Below, one piece after another: positions 42,938 to 57,000 of a DNA stretch of 64,000 nucleotides (positions are counted from its first letter, which is position 1; every line of letters starts with the position of its first letter). The position numbers and the translations under genes were made by a program. Source of the stretch: Eledone cirrhosa (Eukaryota); contig OZ024742.1 of the NCBI GenBank assembly GCA_964016885.1, positions 286,254,001-286,318,000 of the forward strand. Direction: 5' to 3'. The notes beneath the pieces are model-generated. The model saw only the letters and a program-made list of their open reading frames with translations, was not told the DNA's origin and did no database searches.

Positions 42938-44485
42938 TCATCATCATCATCATCACCATCATCATCATCATATTCCCGGAACTGGTGCAGCAAGTCCTTG
43001 GTGTTCCACTCTGGACCCTTTTGCTCTCAGTTGTCGCCACTGGTTTTTATTCTCCGCCAAGGGGCTCTCTATTGCGACCAGTCCAGTCTTTGATGTTGTC
43101 TGCCAGGATTTTCTTTGTCTGCCTTTTCTTCGCCCACCCCTCGACTGTGCCCTGAAGGATGGTTTTAGACAAGGAGTTGTGGTGAGATATATACCAGGCA
43201 AGCTTCCATCTGTTCACTATCGCAAGAGGTGTTCTCTGTCTGCTAGCATATTTGTTAACTTGTGCCTGACCAAGCTGTTTGTTTTGTGCTCCGTGTATGG
43301 TATGTGTAACAACCTTCTGAAGCACTTGTGCTCCGTGTATGGTATGTGTAACAACCTTCTGAAGCACTTGTGCTCCGTGTATGGTATGTGTAACAACCTT
43401 CTGAAGCACTTGTGCTCCGTGTATGGTATGTGTAACAACCTTCTGAAGCACTTGTGCTCCGTGTATGGTATGTGTAACAACCTTCTGAAGCACTTGTGCT
43501 CCGTGTATGGTATGTGTAACAACCTTCTGAAGCACTTGTGCTCCGTGTATGGTATGTGTAACAACCTTCTGAAGCACTTGTGCTCCGTGTATGGTATGTG
43601 TAACAACCTTCTGAAGCACTTGTGCTCCGTGTATGGTATGTGTAACAACCTTCTGAAGCACTTGTGCTCCGTGTATGGTATGTGTAACAACCTTCTGAAG
43701 CACTTGTGCTCCGTGTATGGTATGTGTAACAACCTTCTGAAGCACTTGTGCTCCGTGTATGGTATGTGTAACAACCTTCTGAAGCACTTGTGCTCCGTGT
43801 ATGGTATGTGTAACAACCTTCTGAAGCACTTGTGCTCCGTGTATGGTATGTGTAACAACCTTCTGAAGCACTTGTGCTCCGTGTATGGTATGTGTAACAA
43901 CCTTCTGAAGCACTTGTGCTCCGTGTATGGTATGTGTAACAACCTTCTGAAGCACTTGTGCTCCGTGTATGGTATGTGTAACAACCTTCTGAAGCACTTG
44001 TGCTCCGTGTATGGTATGTGTAACAACCTTCTGAAGCACTTGTGCTCCGTGTATGGTATGTGTAACAACCTTCTGAAGCACTTGTGCTCCGTGTATGGTA
44101 TGTGTAACAACCTTCTGAAGCACTTGTGCTCCGTGTATGGTATGTGTAACAACCTTCTGAAGCACTTGTGCTCCGTGTATGGTATGTGTAACAACCTTCT
44201 GAAGCACTTGTGCTCCGTGTATGGGATGTATAGCAACATTCTAAAGCACTTCTGCTCAAATGATTGTATTCTTCGTTCCATGTCTGCTATGAGAGTCCAA
44301 CTGTTATATCCATACAAAAGGATCGTATAGTTTGAGGTTCGTTGGAAAACTGATGGAGTTTCCTTTCCATATGGCATTCAGCTTTACCATGGAAGTAGCC
44401 AGGGTGAGTCTTGTCAATATCTCCTTTTCAGATCTGCCATCTTTGGTCAGAGTGGATACTAGGTACTTGAAGGTTTATACTTCTT
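42938..44485 (-). mobile_element. RTE LINE 3' fragment with (GAT)n tail and an internal tandem expansion
   Basis: TFKYLVSTL..ILLYGYNSWTLIADMERRIQSFEQKCFR..SLSKTILQGTVEG/GGRRKGRQRKSW; (CAT)n at 42939-42970. Confidence 0.9.
43285..44250. repeat. 42-bp tandem array: 22 identical units plus 1 divergent unit
   Basis: unit tgtgctccgtgtatggtatgtgtaacaaccttctgaagcact; encodes CFRRLLHIPYTEHK on minus. Confidence 0.97.
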
Positions 44486-44503
44486 CAAGTCGTCCTCTGT
44501 TCA

Positions 44504-44576
<73 letters not shown>

Positions 44577-44798
44577 ACGAAGGAAATGTGGTAAGGAACC
44601 AGGTGGACCATAACGCACCAAAGTACTCAATACTTAGGGTAGTAGAGTGGGTAATAGGAACGAGTAGGACCCCGACGGCTGAGCTCAAGCCGTTTCGACG
44701 GCTAATTCTGGACTAAATGAAAATTTTTATTCTGGTATATGAATAGCCGAGCTTCTCAGGGGATAATTCCATATATGGTAAAAGTGATTGTCACAAGG

Positions 44799-44871
<73 letters not shown>

Positions 44872-44940
44872 GTATAAATATTTCGTATCTCCAAAGAAAT
44901 ACGGTTTTAGGAAGCCGTAGCTATACAAACACCGGGGACA

Positions 44941-44994
44941 ACCGTCTATGCATTTCAGGCTTAACTGGCCTTCGTCAGGACGGTCCCTCCCTCT
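44941..44994 (-). ncRNA. Minimal type I hammerhead ribozyme
   Basis: accgtc CTGACGA aggc cagttaa gcct GAAA tgca TA gacggt. Confidence 0.88.
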
Positions 44995-45072
44995 TTGGGG
45001 CATATTGTATAAAGGGACATATTGTATAAAGCTATGCTTGAAGCGAAATCCTATTTCTTCCTTATATATATA

Positions 45073-45103
<31 letters not shown>

Positions 45104-45266
45104 GAGAGATCACCGTGGCCCTGTTGTGTTAAATAACTAATTCTGCAATCAAGACCTGATCAAATCGCTTGTCTTCATCACTTCATCATGATCGGATGAT
45201 GAAACTGGGCTATTGGAATATGTCTAGATTTCAGTTCGGCCTTCTGTTGTTTTTAATGAGCAAACA

Positions 45267-45393
<127 letters not shown>

Positions 45394-46084
45394 TCTTTAT
45401 CATTAACATTAATATAAAAAATAATTATTATCTATCTCGGAAGGATGAAAGACAATGTTGATATCTGCGGGATTTGAACGCAGAACGTAGAAACTCTCAA
45501 CAAATACCGAAAAGCATTTTATCTACGGATCCTTCCAGCCCACCACCCTCACAACGAAAAGTAAATAACAAAAGCATTAAGATGAAGATAGAATTAAATT
45601 GGCGGTCAAAAAGAAAGTGATTTATTAGTTAAAATGGAGGCGAGAAATCGAATAAAGAGCGCAAATGAAATTATGCGATGTTCGTTTTTCAATGGTATTT
45701 CTGAAAATAAAAGAAGCGGGGGATTGTAAAAGGAAAGTAATTGAAATGAAATTACCTAACTGGCACACGGGGAGCTTAAATATTATTCTATGGCGCTAAA
45801 CAACACTGACCATAAAATAAACTGGAACAATGATGAGAATACTAAGAAGAAGAAATGGGAAAGAAGTAACGAAGGCGTAAAAAGAATAGACGATATTGAA
45901 ATAAAAAATAGTTAGAGCGAGAAAAGAGACTAGAAAACTATAGTCTAGAACTACTAATGTTTTTTAGAAGAGACTGGGAGTTGGTTTTCAGCTTGATGGA
46001 CTTAGGAAAATTTTAGTATTAAGAGAACAATCCAGAAAAGTATCATGAAACGTACAATTCAGCATTCGGTAAGCAGAAGAAAGG

Positions 46085-46510
46085 AGGTAGGTGTAAAAGC
46101 TAAACTCGCTATCTTCAATTCTGTGTTCGTGTCAACTTTTACCTATGGTCAGGAATCTTGGGTAATGGTTGAAGGAATATGATCGCGAATACAAGTGACC
46201 CAAATGGGGTTCTCTCGAAGGGTCTTTGGAGTAACGTTACTTGATTGCGTGCGTAGCTTGAAGATCAGAGAGTCACTCCAGGAAGAGACGCTACTTCTCA
46301 AAATTGAGAGATCACAGCTCCGATACTATGGGCATGGGATTAGAAAGTCTCAGGAAAGAATCGCTGGACATATTTTACGGGCAAAACCAACTGGCAAGAG
46401 ACCCAGAGGTAGACCCCAAGCTAGATGGTTGGATAACATCTATGAGTTTGGATGGTTTCCTTGAGGGATCCATCCAGATCAATTGGAAATAGTTACTTCT
46501 GACAAGACCC
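46085..46510 (+). mobile_element. RTE (Expander/Rex3-like) LINE 3' fragment
   Basis: KLAIFNSVFVSTFTYGQESW..IERSQLRYYGH..PTGKRPRGRPQARWLD. Confidence 0.85.
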
Positions 46511-46687
46511 TCTCGGAAAAAGTGAGCGAAGAAGACGTACAGTCAGACTTGTTATGATCAAAAGGTCTTCTAACATCGTTTTCTATGTCTATTGCTGCAT
46601 TGACCATTGATAAAATGAGAAATAAATGATGATATAGAAAGATAGAGAATGAGAAGAGGGAGGAACAGAAACATGCCTATATACATA

Positions 46688-47298
46688 TCTATATATATAA
46701 AACTGAGGGGTGAATCCATAAAATTCGAGAAATACCCAACCAATTTTTTTCAAACTTTACTTGTGTATTACTTGTTTGAGGGAGTGTTATGCACATGAAC
46801 AAATTCAACTTTTTTATCCCCTAGGGCCCGCATTAGGTGAAAAACTGCGTTTCTTCAGCTTTTTAGGGGTTTTTTTAGGCGTTACGTCAGACCGATTTCC
46901 TTGAAATTGTAACTATTAGTCAGTCTCATCTTCATACCGTGAGCGAAGAAAGTCCAACTTTTATACGGCCTAGGGCCCGCATTAGGTGAAAAACTTCATT
47001 TTTTCAGCTATTTAGGGCTCTTTTGAGGCGTTACGTGTAGCCGATTTTCCCGAAATTTCAAGGCACATTATGCACATAAAAAAAATTCATTTTCTTGATC
47101 CCCTAGGGCCCACATTAGGTGAAAACCTGCATTTTTTCTGCTTCATCGACGAAAATCTTAAAGATTATCCAACCATCAGAGTATTCGGTTTATTTTCTTT
47201 ACTTATTGTCCAGGCATGCAGTTTTTCCAGGATTAGGTCTGTTGGCGGCCCGTGTTCCAAAATACCTTATCCCGTGCAACGCCGGGTACCACTGCTAG
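46688..47298 (+). mobile_element. Non-autonomous Helitron
   Basis: A|TCtatatatataaaa 5' end; subterminal hairpin cccgtgcaacgccggg; CTAG|T 3' end; three internal ~140-bp repeats. Confidence 0.85.
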
Positions 47299-47304
47299 TA
47301 TATA

Positions 47305-47335
<31 letters not shown>

Positions 47336-47341
47336 GCACAA

Positions 47342-47406
<65 letters not shown>

Positions 47407-48213
47407 AGAAAAGAGTCAGGACCCCGACGGCTGAGCTACGGCCGTTTCGACAGCTAGGTCTGAACTATTACCCACTCTACTCCCCGAAGTATCGAGTACT
47501 CTGGTGTGTTATGATCCACCTGGTTCCTTACCACACTTCCTTCGTTATATATATATATATGTATATATTTAATTTATTAATTTTTCATTGAGCCAAAAAG
47601 TGACCAGTTGCAAAACACGTATATATATGTGTATGTATATATATATGTAAACTTTTATATGTAATAATCTCCCACTAGGTTGAGATACAAATTTGGCTGT
47701 ATTGTGCTGTGCTTTCTAGCAAAAATGCCACCAGTCGTAAGCAACTACCACACCCCTTCCAACTTGACCGCGACTACGTCACGATTTTTAGCCATTTTGA
47801 AATGAATTCTTGGCGCGATCGTTTTGGAAAATTTAATGTCTAGATATGAGCGAGCTTCCTGAAGAAACCGGCGCTCGAGTTTATATAATTATTACATAAT
47901 TATTGGATAACTCAAAACACGGACGGAACCATGGTATAGGTATTTAAGTGTATTCTATTTTCTCCTAGTTTATTTTAAACCTAATTCTGCTTAGTTGAAT
48001 GTATCTAGGCGATTACGCTGTCGAAATATTCGATAAATATTCCACCACGGCCGACGCGAAGCGCTAGTTTTGGTTATTTGTTGGAGATTCCTTCATAGAA
48101 GCCTCATTCGTATAGCCTGGTCTATTCGATTTTTTATATAGTTAATTATGCTAATTGGGAGAGGAAATAGTATATATTTTATCTTGTGATTCTATAGACA
48201 TGTTTTATGATAC

Positions 48214-48325
<112 letters not shown>

Positions 48326-48559
48326 GCGCGTGCGCGTGTGTGTGTGTGTGTGTGTTTGAAGTTTGTGATTATGAATATATATGTATGTGTGTGTATACAT
48401 ATATGTATTGTTTATACATGTATGCAATGTTTGTGTATATGAATGTATATGAGTGTGTTTATATATGCTGGGCATGTGTGTGTGAATATTTGTTGCTAAT
48501 TGATGACATTAACAGACAGTTACACACATATATAGATACAGGCATACATAAACATATAT

Positions 48560-49047
48560 ATAATTGTAATTCATACATATACACACATATACATACATAT
48601 ATACATACATAACTGAAATACAGACATACATACACACATACATACATACATACATACATACATACATACATACACACATACACACAAACATATATACATA
48701 CATACACACAAACATACATGCATACATACACACATACATACACACAGACACACATACATTCATTCATACAAACATACAAGCACATACATAAATACATACA
48801 TACATACATACACATACATACACACATGCAGACAAACACACATACATACATACATACATACATGCATACATATATACATCCACACATACACACAAACATA
48901 TATACATACATACACATAAACATACATGCATATATACATACATACACACATACACAAAACATAAATACAAACAGACACACATACATTTATTCATACAAAC
49001 ATACAAACACATACATAAATACATACATACATACATACATACATACA

Positions 49048-49079
<32 letters not shown>

Positions 49080-49606
49080 CACATGCAGACAAACACACAT
49101 TCATTTATACATACATACATCCATAAACACATACATACATAAATACATACATACATAAATACATACATACATAAATACATACATACATACATACATACAT
49201 ACATACATACATACATACATACATACATACATACATACATACATACATACATACATACATAAACACATACATACATAAACACATACATACATATATATAT
49301 ACATACATACAAACAAGCATAGCTCCGAACATGTAAAATACTTAAACAACAAAGTAAAAAGATAAATAAAAATAAAATTAAATAAAGTAAAAATAAAAAT
49401 AAAATAAAAAATATATAAACAACTAAACATTTAAATATGAAAGAATCCATTTTTGATTGAAAGGTCACAATAATTTGGGGAGGAATTTGCACTTAGCTTT
49501 TCCTGTTTGGTCGTCTGCGATGTCAGCAGCCATTTAACAACGTTGGAATGTCTTAAAGAAAAATACCTCCGCCTACACTTCGGTCACTACTGGAGGACTA
49601 TTCATT

Positions 49607-49667
<61 letters not shown>

Positions 49668-49668
49668 G

Positions 49669-49711
<43 letters not shown>

Positions 49712-49935
49712 ACACACACGAACACACACACACACACACACACACGCAAACACACACACACAAACACACATACACACCCACACCCACAAACATACACAAC
49801 ATATATACACACGCACACACACGCATACACACACACAAAACAGACACACATACACACAAACACAGAACACACACACAACACACTCATACACAAACCACAA
49901 ACACACACACAAAACACTCATACACAAACACAAAA

Positions 49936-49984
<49 letters not shown>

Positions 49985-50209
49985 ACACACACGAACACAC
50001 ACACACACACGCAAACACACACACACAAACACACATACACACCCACACCCACAAACATACACAACATATATACACACGCACACACGCGCATACACACACA
50101 CAAAACAGACACACATACACACAAACACAGAACACACACACAACACACTCATACACAAACCACAAACACACACACAAAACACACAAAACACTCATACACA
50201 AACACAAAA

Positions 50210-50282
<73 letters not shown>

Positions 50283-50285
50283 ACA
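48560..50285. repeat. (CATA)n and (CA)n compound microsatellite fields, with a ~300-bp duplication in 49600-50210
   Basis: direct reading. Confidence 0.85.
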
Positions 50286-50444
50286 CCCCACAATACCGGA
50301 AGTGATTATTATCCTACTTTTATATAAATTGCCTTTTGTCCTACATTTGTCTAGATTTTAGGAAACACAACTTTTGGGAAATTATTCTATTTTAGAGAAT
50401 TTTTACATCAATATTTACTTCCTTGTCTTAATGTGCATTAAACT

Positions 50445-50577
50445 ATGTTGTTGTTGCTGCTGTTGTTATTGTTGCTGTTGCTGTTGGTGGTGGTGGTGTT
50501 CCTGCTGTTGTTGTTGTTGTTGCTGTTGGTGGTACTGGTGGTGCTTTTGTTCCTACTGCTGTTGTTGTTGTTGTTGG

Positions 50578-50608
<31 letters not shown>

Positions 50609-50662
50609 GGTGGTGTTGGTGGTGGTGGTGGTGTTGTTGTTGTTGTTGTTGGTGGTGGTGGT

Positions 50663-50746
<84 letters not shown>

Positions 50747-50806
50747 GGTGGTGGTGGTGTTGGTGGTGGTGGTGGTGGTGTTGTTGTTGTTGTTGGTGGT
50801 GGTGGT

Positions 50807-50893
<87 letters not shown>

Positions 50894-51325
50894 GGTGGTG
50901 GTGTTGGTGTTGTTGTTCCTGCTATTGTTGTTGTTGTTTTTATTAATAATAATGTTGGTGGTGGTGTTCCTGCTGTTGTTGTTGTTGGTGGTGGTCTTGT
51001 TGGTGTTGTTGTTGTTGCTGTTGTTGTTGTTATTATTGTTGTTGTTGTTGCTGTTGTTGCTGTTGTTGGTGTTGCTGTTGATGTTGTTGCTGTTGTTGTT
51101 GTTTCTGTTGTTGTTGCTGTTGTTGTTGCTGCTGCTGTTGTTTGTTGTTGTTATTGTTATTGTTGTTGCTGTTGCTGTTGTTGTTGGTGGTGGTGGTGAT
51201 GGTGGTCGTAGGGCTGTTGGTAATGTTGTTGGTGGTGTTGCTGCTGTTGTTGTTGTTGTTGTTGATGATGATGATGATGATCATGATGATCATGATGATG
51301 ATGTTGTTGCTATTGCTATTGCTGT
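50445..51325. repeat. (TTG/GTG/CTG)n trinucleotide field
   Basis: direct reading. Confidence 0.9.
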
Positions 51326-51367
51326 GGCTACTTTATTTTTTAGCTATATATATACATATATATATAT

Positions 51368-51399
<32 letters not shown>

Positions 51400-52529
51400 G
51401 TAGGAGGTGAGTTTTATTGTAACACAATAAAGCAATGTAAATATCGGATATGTAGCACTCAACAGTTTATAGGACTGGAGTATAAATAATATAAAATCAA
51501 AAGATGGTTAAAAGAGTTCCATGTATTTTATTATGCGTATTTCAAAAACAAATATCATCATGGGATGATATTTGCGTTGTCATCAGATAAAATAGGAAGA
51601 CATGATATGAAGCTTAAAAAACATTTGCGAGCAGTGAAGTGTTAAATCAACATATGAAAAATAAAATAAGATGGATATATGAGATTGGGAAAAAAAAGGA
51701 AAGGAAGGGGGGAAGGAAAAGGTAAGGAAGAGGAAGAAAGAATATAATAAGAAAAAAATATATAATAATAAGGCAAGGATGACGGAGGAGGAGTATAAGA
51801 AGGAAGGATGAGAGAGGAGGAGAAATGAGTGAGAGAGAGAGAGATAACCTTTAATACTGAGAAACACTGTCTCACAGAGAGAAATTAAAAAAAACCGTTG
51901 TAAGATAATACATAATTTTAAAAAATTAAGAAATTAAAAGTTAATGAGGTTTATGATTGGTGATGTTTATGATTAAAGAAAAAGGAATTAAGAATAGTAT
52001 TTATTTAAGGTTTATATATTGAAGGGTTTAATAAGATGTGCGAAAAGGAATTTATTAAAATGTATTATTAAAATAAAATATATTAAGAAAATTAGGTGAA
52101 TGAAGATAAGGTTAAATGAATTATGAACTTAGAGGAATTAATTAGGGTCTAAGTTTGTTTCTATATATTGTAATAGGAAAAAGTAAATAATAGGTTTAAT
52201 AGGAGCACGGAAGGAGAGAAGAAAGAAAAAAGTTCGATTCCGGGTAGCGCCTTGTGTTCTTGAGCAAAACAGTTTATTTCACGTTGCTCCAGTCCACTCT
52301 GCTGGCAAAAATGTGTCGTACCTGTAATTCGAAGGGACAGCCTTGTCACGTTCGGTGTCATGTTGAGTCTCCCTGAGAACTACGTTAAGGATACGCGTGT
52401 CTGTGGAATGCTCAGCCACTTGCACGTTAATTTCACAAGCAGGCTGTTCCGTTGGTCGGATCAGTTGGAATACTCATCGTCGCAACCGACGGAGCGCCAT
52501 CTACCCATATGTCAGCAGTTCGAAATCAT

Positions 52530-52688
52530 GTGAGTTCAAGTGATGCAATAATATATATAACATTGTTAATGGCTTCCCATATCTTCACATGTTTTCCATC
52601 TGGTTTGTTTACTGTTGCTACTTTTTCCTCCAATGTCAATGACGAAATTTCCCTTTTGGGCACACCCGTGGATTTCTCATGCATTATC
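52530..52688 (-). pseudogene. Possible Tigger/pogo transposase N-terminal remnant
   Basis: PKREISSLTLEEKVATVNK resembles the start of a CENP-B/psq HTH; short. Confidence 0.3.
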
Positions 52689-52777
52689 TGCAGCATGAGA
52701 AACCATCACATGCATACATCATATGTATATATGTATATATATGTGCGTGTGTTTATGTATGTACACAAATACTCACT

Positions 52778-52848
<71 letters not shown>

Positions 52849-52860
52849 ACACACTTACAC

Positions 52861-52907
<47 letters not shown>

Positions 52908-52950
52908 CATACACACACTTACACACACACATATATACATACACACACTT

Positions 52951-52997
<47 letters not shown>

Positions 52998-53027
52998 CAT
53001 ACACACACTTACACACACGCGCGCGCG

Positions 53028-53072
<45 letters not shown>

Positions 53073-53342
53073 TTATATATATATATATATTTATATTTAC
53101 ATATATATTTACATGGTGTGATGTTGTCTTTGACAAATGTAACACTCCTAAAAAAGTACCAACACATTCTCACGCCCTAATCTGCAACAGAAGCAGGATG
53201 TACTAAACAACAACAACATTAGCTCATTTGAGAAAGCAACATCAGATTGATCATCTGCTGATCATCAGACGATGGCCGTAATGGCGACATCTTTAAGGAT
53301 ATGATGTGTCGTGAGACCATTTTAGCAAATGCCTCACAGTAT

Positions 53343-53860
53343 TGTGAATTGGCGGTATCGGTAAAGGGTTGGACGCCATGCTTTCTAGCATAGTTACGTT
53401 CCTTTACGGTCTGAGTTCAAATCCCACCGAAGTTAACTTTGCCTTTCATCCTTACGGGGTCGATAAAATAAAGTACCAGTAATGCAATGAGATAATTGCT
53501 GGCCTTGTGCGAAAAGTAGAAACAATTATATTAAGACTACACGTGTTTGTGGCTGTAATTCTAACAGCCAACATTGCCCCATACTGTTACACGAGATCCT
53601 TCACAGTATTATATTGAGGCTACACGTGCTTATGGCTGTAATTCTAACAGCCAACATTGACCCCCACTATGTGGATTGGCAGTATCAGTAGAGGGTCGGA
53701 CGCCATGCTTTCCAGCATAGTTACGTCCCTTTACGATCTGAGTTCAAATCCTGCCGAGGTTGACTTTACCTTTCATCCTATACGGGGTCGATAAAATAAA
53801 GTACCAGTAATACACTGATATAATTGCTGGCCTTGTGCCAAAAGTAGAAACAATTATATT
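53343..53860 (+). mobile_element. Two SINE copies (8667 family) within a local duplication
   Basis: about 53343-53530 and 53668-53860, sharing an internal deletion and the downstream flank. Confidence 0.8.
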
Positions 53861-54049
53861 AAGGCTTCACGAGTTTGTGGAATATCCAGGGACATACACG
53901 TTAATTTAACGCTAAGTCGTTCCATTGCCAGAACGACTGGGACAGTCATCGTAGAAACCGACGAAGATCCATTTATCTTTGATTAAGATTTGTGAGTTTT
54001 TAATATATTGTTTAACTCCAGTTTAGTTCTGATCAAAGTAATTGTTAAT

Positions 54050-57000
54050 ATTGTTGTTGTTATTGTTATTGTTGTTGTTATTTTTCTGGTAACTGTTGCT
54101 ATTGTTGTTGTTGTTGTGGTGGTAGTGATGTTAGTGGTGTTGGTGGTGCAGCTGCTGTTGCTGTTGTTGTTGGTGGTGGTGGTGTTGTTATTTTTGGTGT
54201 TGGTGTTAGTGGTGCTGCTGCTGTTGTTGTGGTCGGTAGTGGTGGTGGAGCTGCTGCTGCTGTTGTTGTTGTGGTGTGGGTTGTAGTGGTGGTGGTGGTG
54301 GTGGTGGCTGTGGATGTGGTGTTGTTGGTGGGGATGGTGGTGGTGGTGGTGGTGGTGGCGGTGGCGGTGGTGGTGGTGGTGTTGTTATTTTTGGTGTTGG
54401 TGTTAGTGGTGCTGCTGCTGTTGTTGTGGTCGGTAGTGGTGGTGGAGCTGCTGCTGCTGTTGGTGTTGTTGTGGTGTGGGTTGTAGTGGTGGTGGTGGTG
54501 GTGACTCTGGGTGTGGTGTTGTTGGTGGGGATGGTGGTGGTGGTGGTGGCGGTGGTGTTGGTGTTGGTGGGGTTGTTATTTTTGGTGGTGGTGATGGTGG
54601 TGTGGGTGTTAGTAGTGATAGCAGTGGATGCGGTTGGTGTTGTGGGTGGTGGTGATGGTGGTGATGAAGATGTTAATGAGAGTAGTGGTTGTGGTGTTGG
54701 TGTTAATGTTGGTGGTAGTAAAGGTAGTGGTGGTGAAGGTAGTGGTGGTGAGGTTAGTGGTGGTGGTGGTGGTAGTGGTAGTTCTGGTGGTGGTAGTGAA
54801 GGTAGTGGTGGTGATGGTAGTGGTGGTGGTAATGAAAGTAGTGGTGGTGGTGGTATTAGTGATGGTGATGGTAGTGGAGGTGGTGGTAGTGAAGGTAGTT
54901 CTGGTGATGGTGGTAGTGACAGTAATGGTGGTGGTGGTGGTGGTTGTGGTGGTAGTGAAGGTAGTGGTGGTGATGGTAGTGGAGGTGGTGGTGGTGGTGG
55001 TGGTAGTGAAGGTAGTTCTGTTGATGGTGGTAGTGAAGGTAGTGGTGGTGGTGGTGGTTGTGGTGGTAGTGAAGGTAGTGGTGGTGATGGTAGTGGAGGT
55101 GGTGGTGGTGGTGGTGGTAGTGAAGGTAGTTCTGTTGATGGTGGTAGTGAAGGTAGTGGTGGTGGTGGTGGTTGTAGTGGTAGTGAAGGTAGTGGTGGTG
55201 ATGGTAGTGGAGGTGGTGGTGGTGGTGGTGGTAGTGAAGGTAGTTCTGTTGATGGTGTTAGTGAAGGTAGTGGTGGTGGTGGTGGTGGTGGTTGAGGTGG
55301 TGGTAGTGCTGGTAGTGGCGGTGATGGTAGTGGTGGTGATAGTGAAGATAGTAGTGAAGGTAGTGATGGTGGTAGTGGTGGTAGTGAAGGTAGTGGTGGT
55401 GGTGGTAGTGGCGGTAGTAGTGGTAGTGGTAATAACCTTACTGCTATGTTAATCGTCACCACCAACATATACACCCAAATCTTTGCCTATTTTGAAATCA
55501 AATCCTAACAATTATCCCTCAACTTTGAATTATCTCACACCTACAACAACTGGTGTTGGTAGTGTTGTGGTGTAGTGGTGGTTGTAGTGTTGGTGGTGGT
55601 GGTGGTGGTGTTTGGTGGTGGTGGTGGTGGTGTTGGTGTCAGTGGTGGTAGAGGTGTTGATAGTGGTGGTTGTAGTGGTGGTGGTTGTAGTGTTGGTGGT
55701 GGTGGTTGGTGTTAGTGGTGGTAGTGGTGTTGATAATGGTGGTTGTAGTGGTGGTGGTGGTGGTGGTGGTGTTTGGTGTTAGTGGTGGTAGAGGTGTTGA
55801 TAGTGGTGGTTGTAGTGTTGGTGGTGGTGGTGGTGGTGTTTGGTGTTAGTGGTGGTAGTGGTGTTGATAGTGGTGGTTGTAGTGGTGGTGGTTGTAGTGT
55901 TGGTGGTGGTGGTTGGTGTTAGTGGTGGTAGTGGTGTTGATAATGGTGGTTGTAGTGGTGGTGGTTGTAGTGTTGGTGGTGGTGGTTGGTGTTAGTGGTG
56001 GTAGTGGTGTTGATAGTGGTGGTTGTAGTGGTGGTGGTTGTAGTGTTGGTGGTGGTGGTTGGTGTTAGTGGTGGTAGTGGTGTTGATAATGGTGGTTGTA
56101 GTGGTGGTGGTTGTAGTGTTGGTGGTGGTGGTTGGTGTTAGTGGTGGTAGTGGTGTTGATAGTGGTGGTTGTAGTGTTGGTGGTGGTGGTGGTGGTGTTT
56201 GGTGTTAGTGGTGGTAGAGGTGTTGATAGTGGTGGTTGTAGTGTTGGTGGTGGTGGTGGTGGTGTTTGGTGTTAGTGGTGGTAGTGGTGTTGATAGTGGT
56301 GGTTGTAGTGGTGGTGGTTGTAGTGTTGGTGGTGGTGGTTGGTGTTAGTGGTGGTAGTGGTGTTGATAATGGTGGTTGTAGTGGTGGTGGTTGTAGTGTT
56401 GGTGGTGGTGGTTGGTGTTAGTGGTGGTAGTGGTGTTGATAGTGGTGGTTGTAGTGGTGGTGGTTGTAGTGTTGGTGGTGGTGGTTGGTGTTAGTGGTGG
56501 TAGTGGTGTTGATAATGGTGGTTGTAGTGGTGGTGGTTGTAGTGTTGGTGGTGGTGGTTGGTGGTGTCAGTGGTGGTAGAGGTGTTGATAGTGGTGGTTG
56601 TAGTGGTGGTGGTTGTAGTGTTGGTGGTGGTGGTTGGTGTTAGTAGTGGTAGTGGTGTTGATGGTGGTGGTTGTAGTGGTGGTGGTTGTAGTGTTGGTGG
56701 TGTTGGTTTCAGTGGTGGTAGAGGTGTTGATAGTGGTGGTTGTAGTGGTGGTGGTTGTAGTGTTGGTGGTGGTGGTTGGTGTTAGTAGTGGTAGTGGTGT
56801 TGATGGTGGTGGTTGTAGTGGTGGTGGTTTTAGTGTTGGTGGTGGTGGTGTCAGTGGTGGTAGAGGTGTTGATAGTGGTGGTTGTAGTGGTGGTGGTTGT
56901 AGTGTTGGTGGTGGTGGTTGGTGTTAGTGGTGGTAGTGGTGTTGATGGTGGTGGTTGTAGTGGTGGTGGTTGTAGTGTTGGTGGTGGTGGTGTTGATAGT

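Noticed and set aside
43285-44250. CRISPR array or host repeat protein
   Set aside because: There are no spacers and no cas genes, and the unit derives from RTE coding sequence
50374-51489. PolyL/V, polyQ or Cys-rich ORFs
   Set aside because: Trinucleotide microsatellite field
54206-55474. Extensin-like Pro-rich or Gly/Ser-rich protein gene
   Set aside because: It is a (GGT)n-derived satellite open in several frames on both strands, with no unique domain or splice evidence
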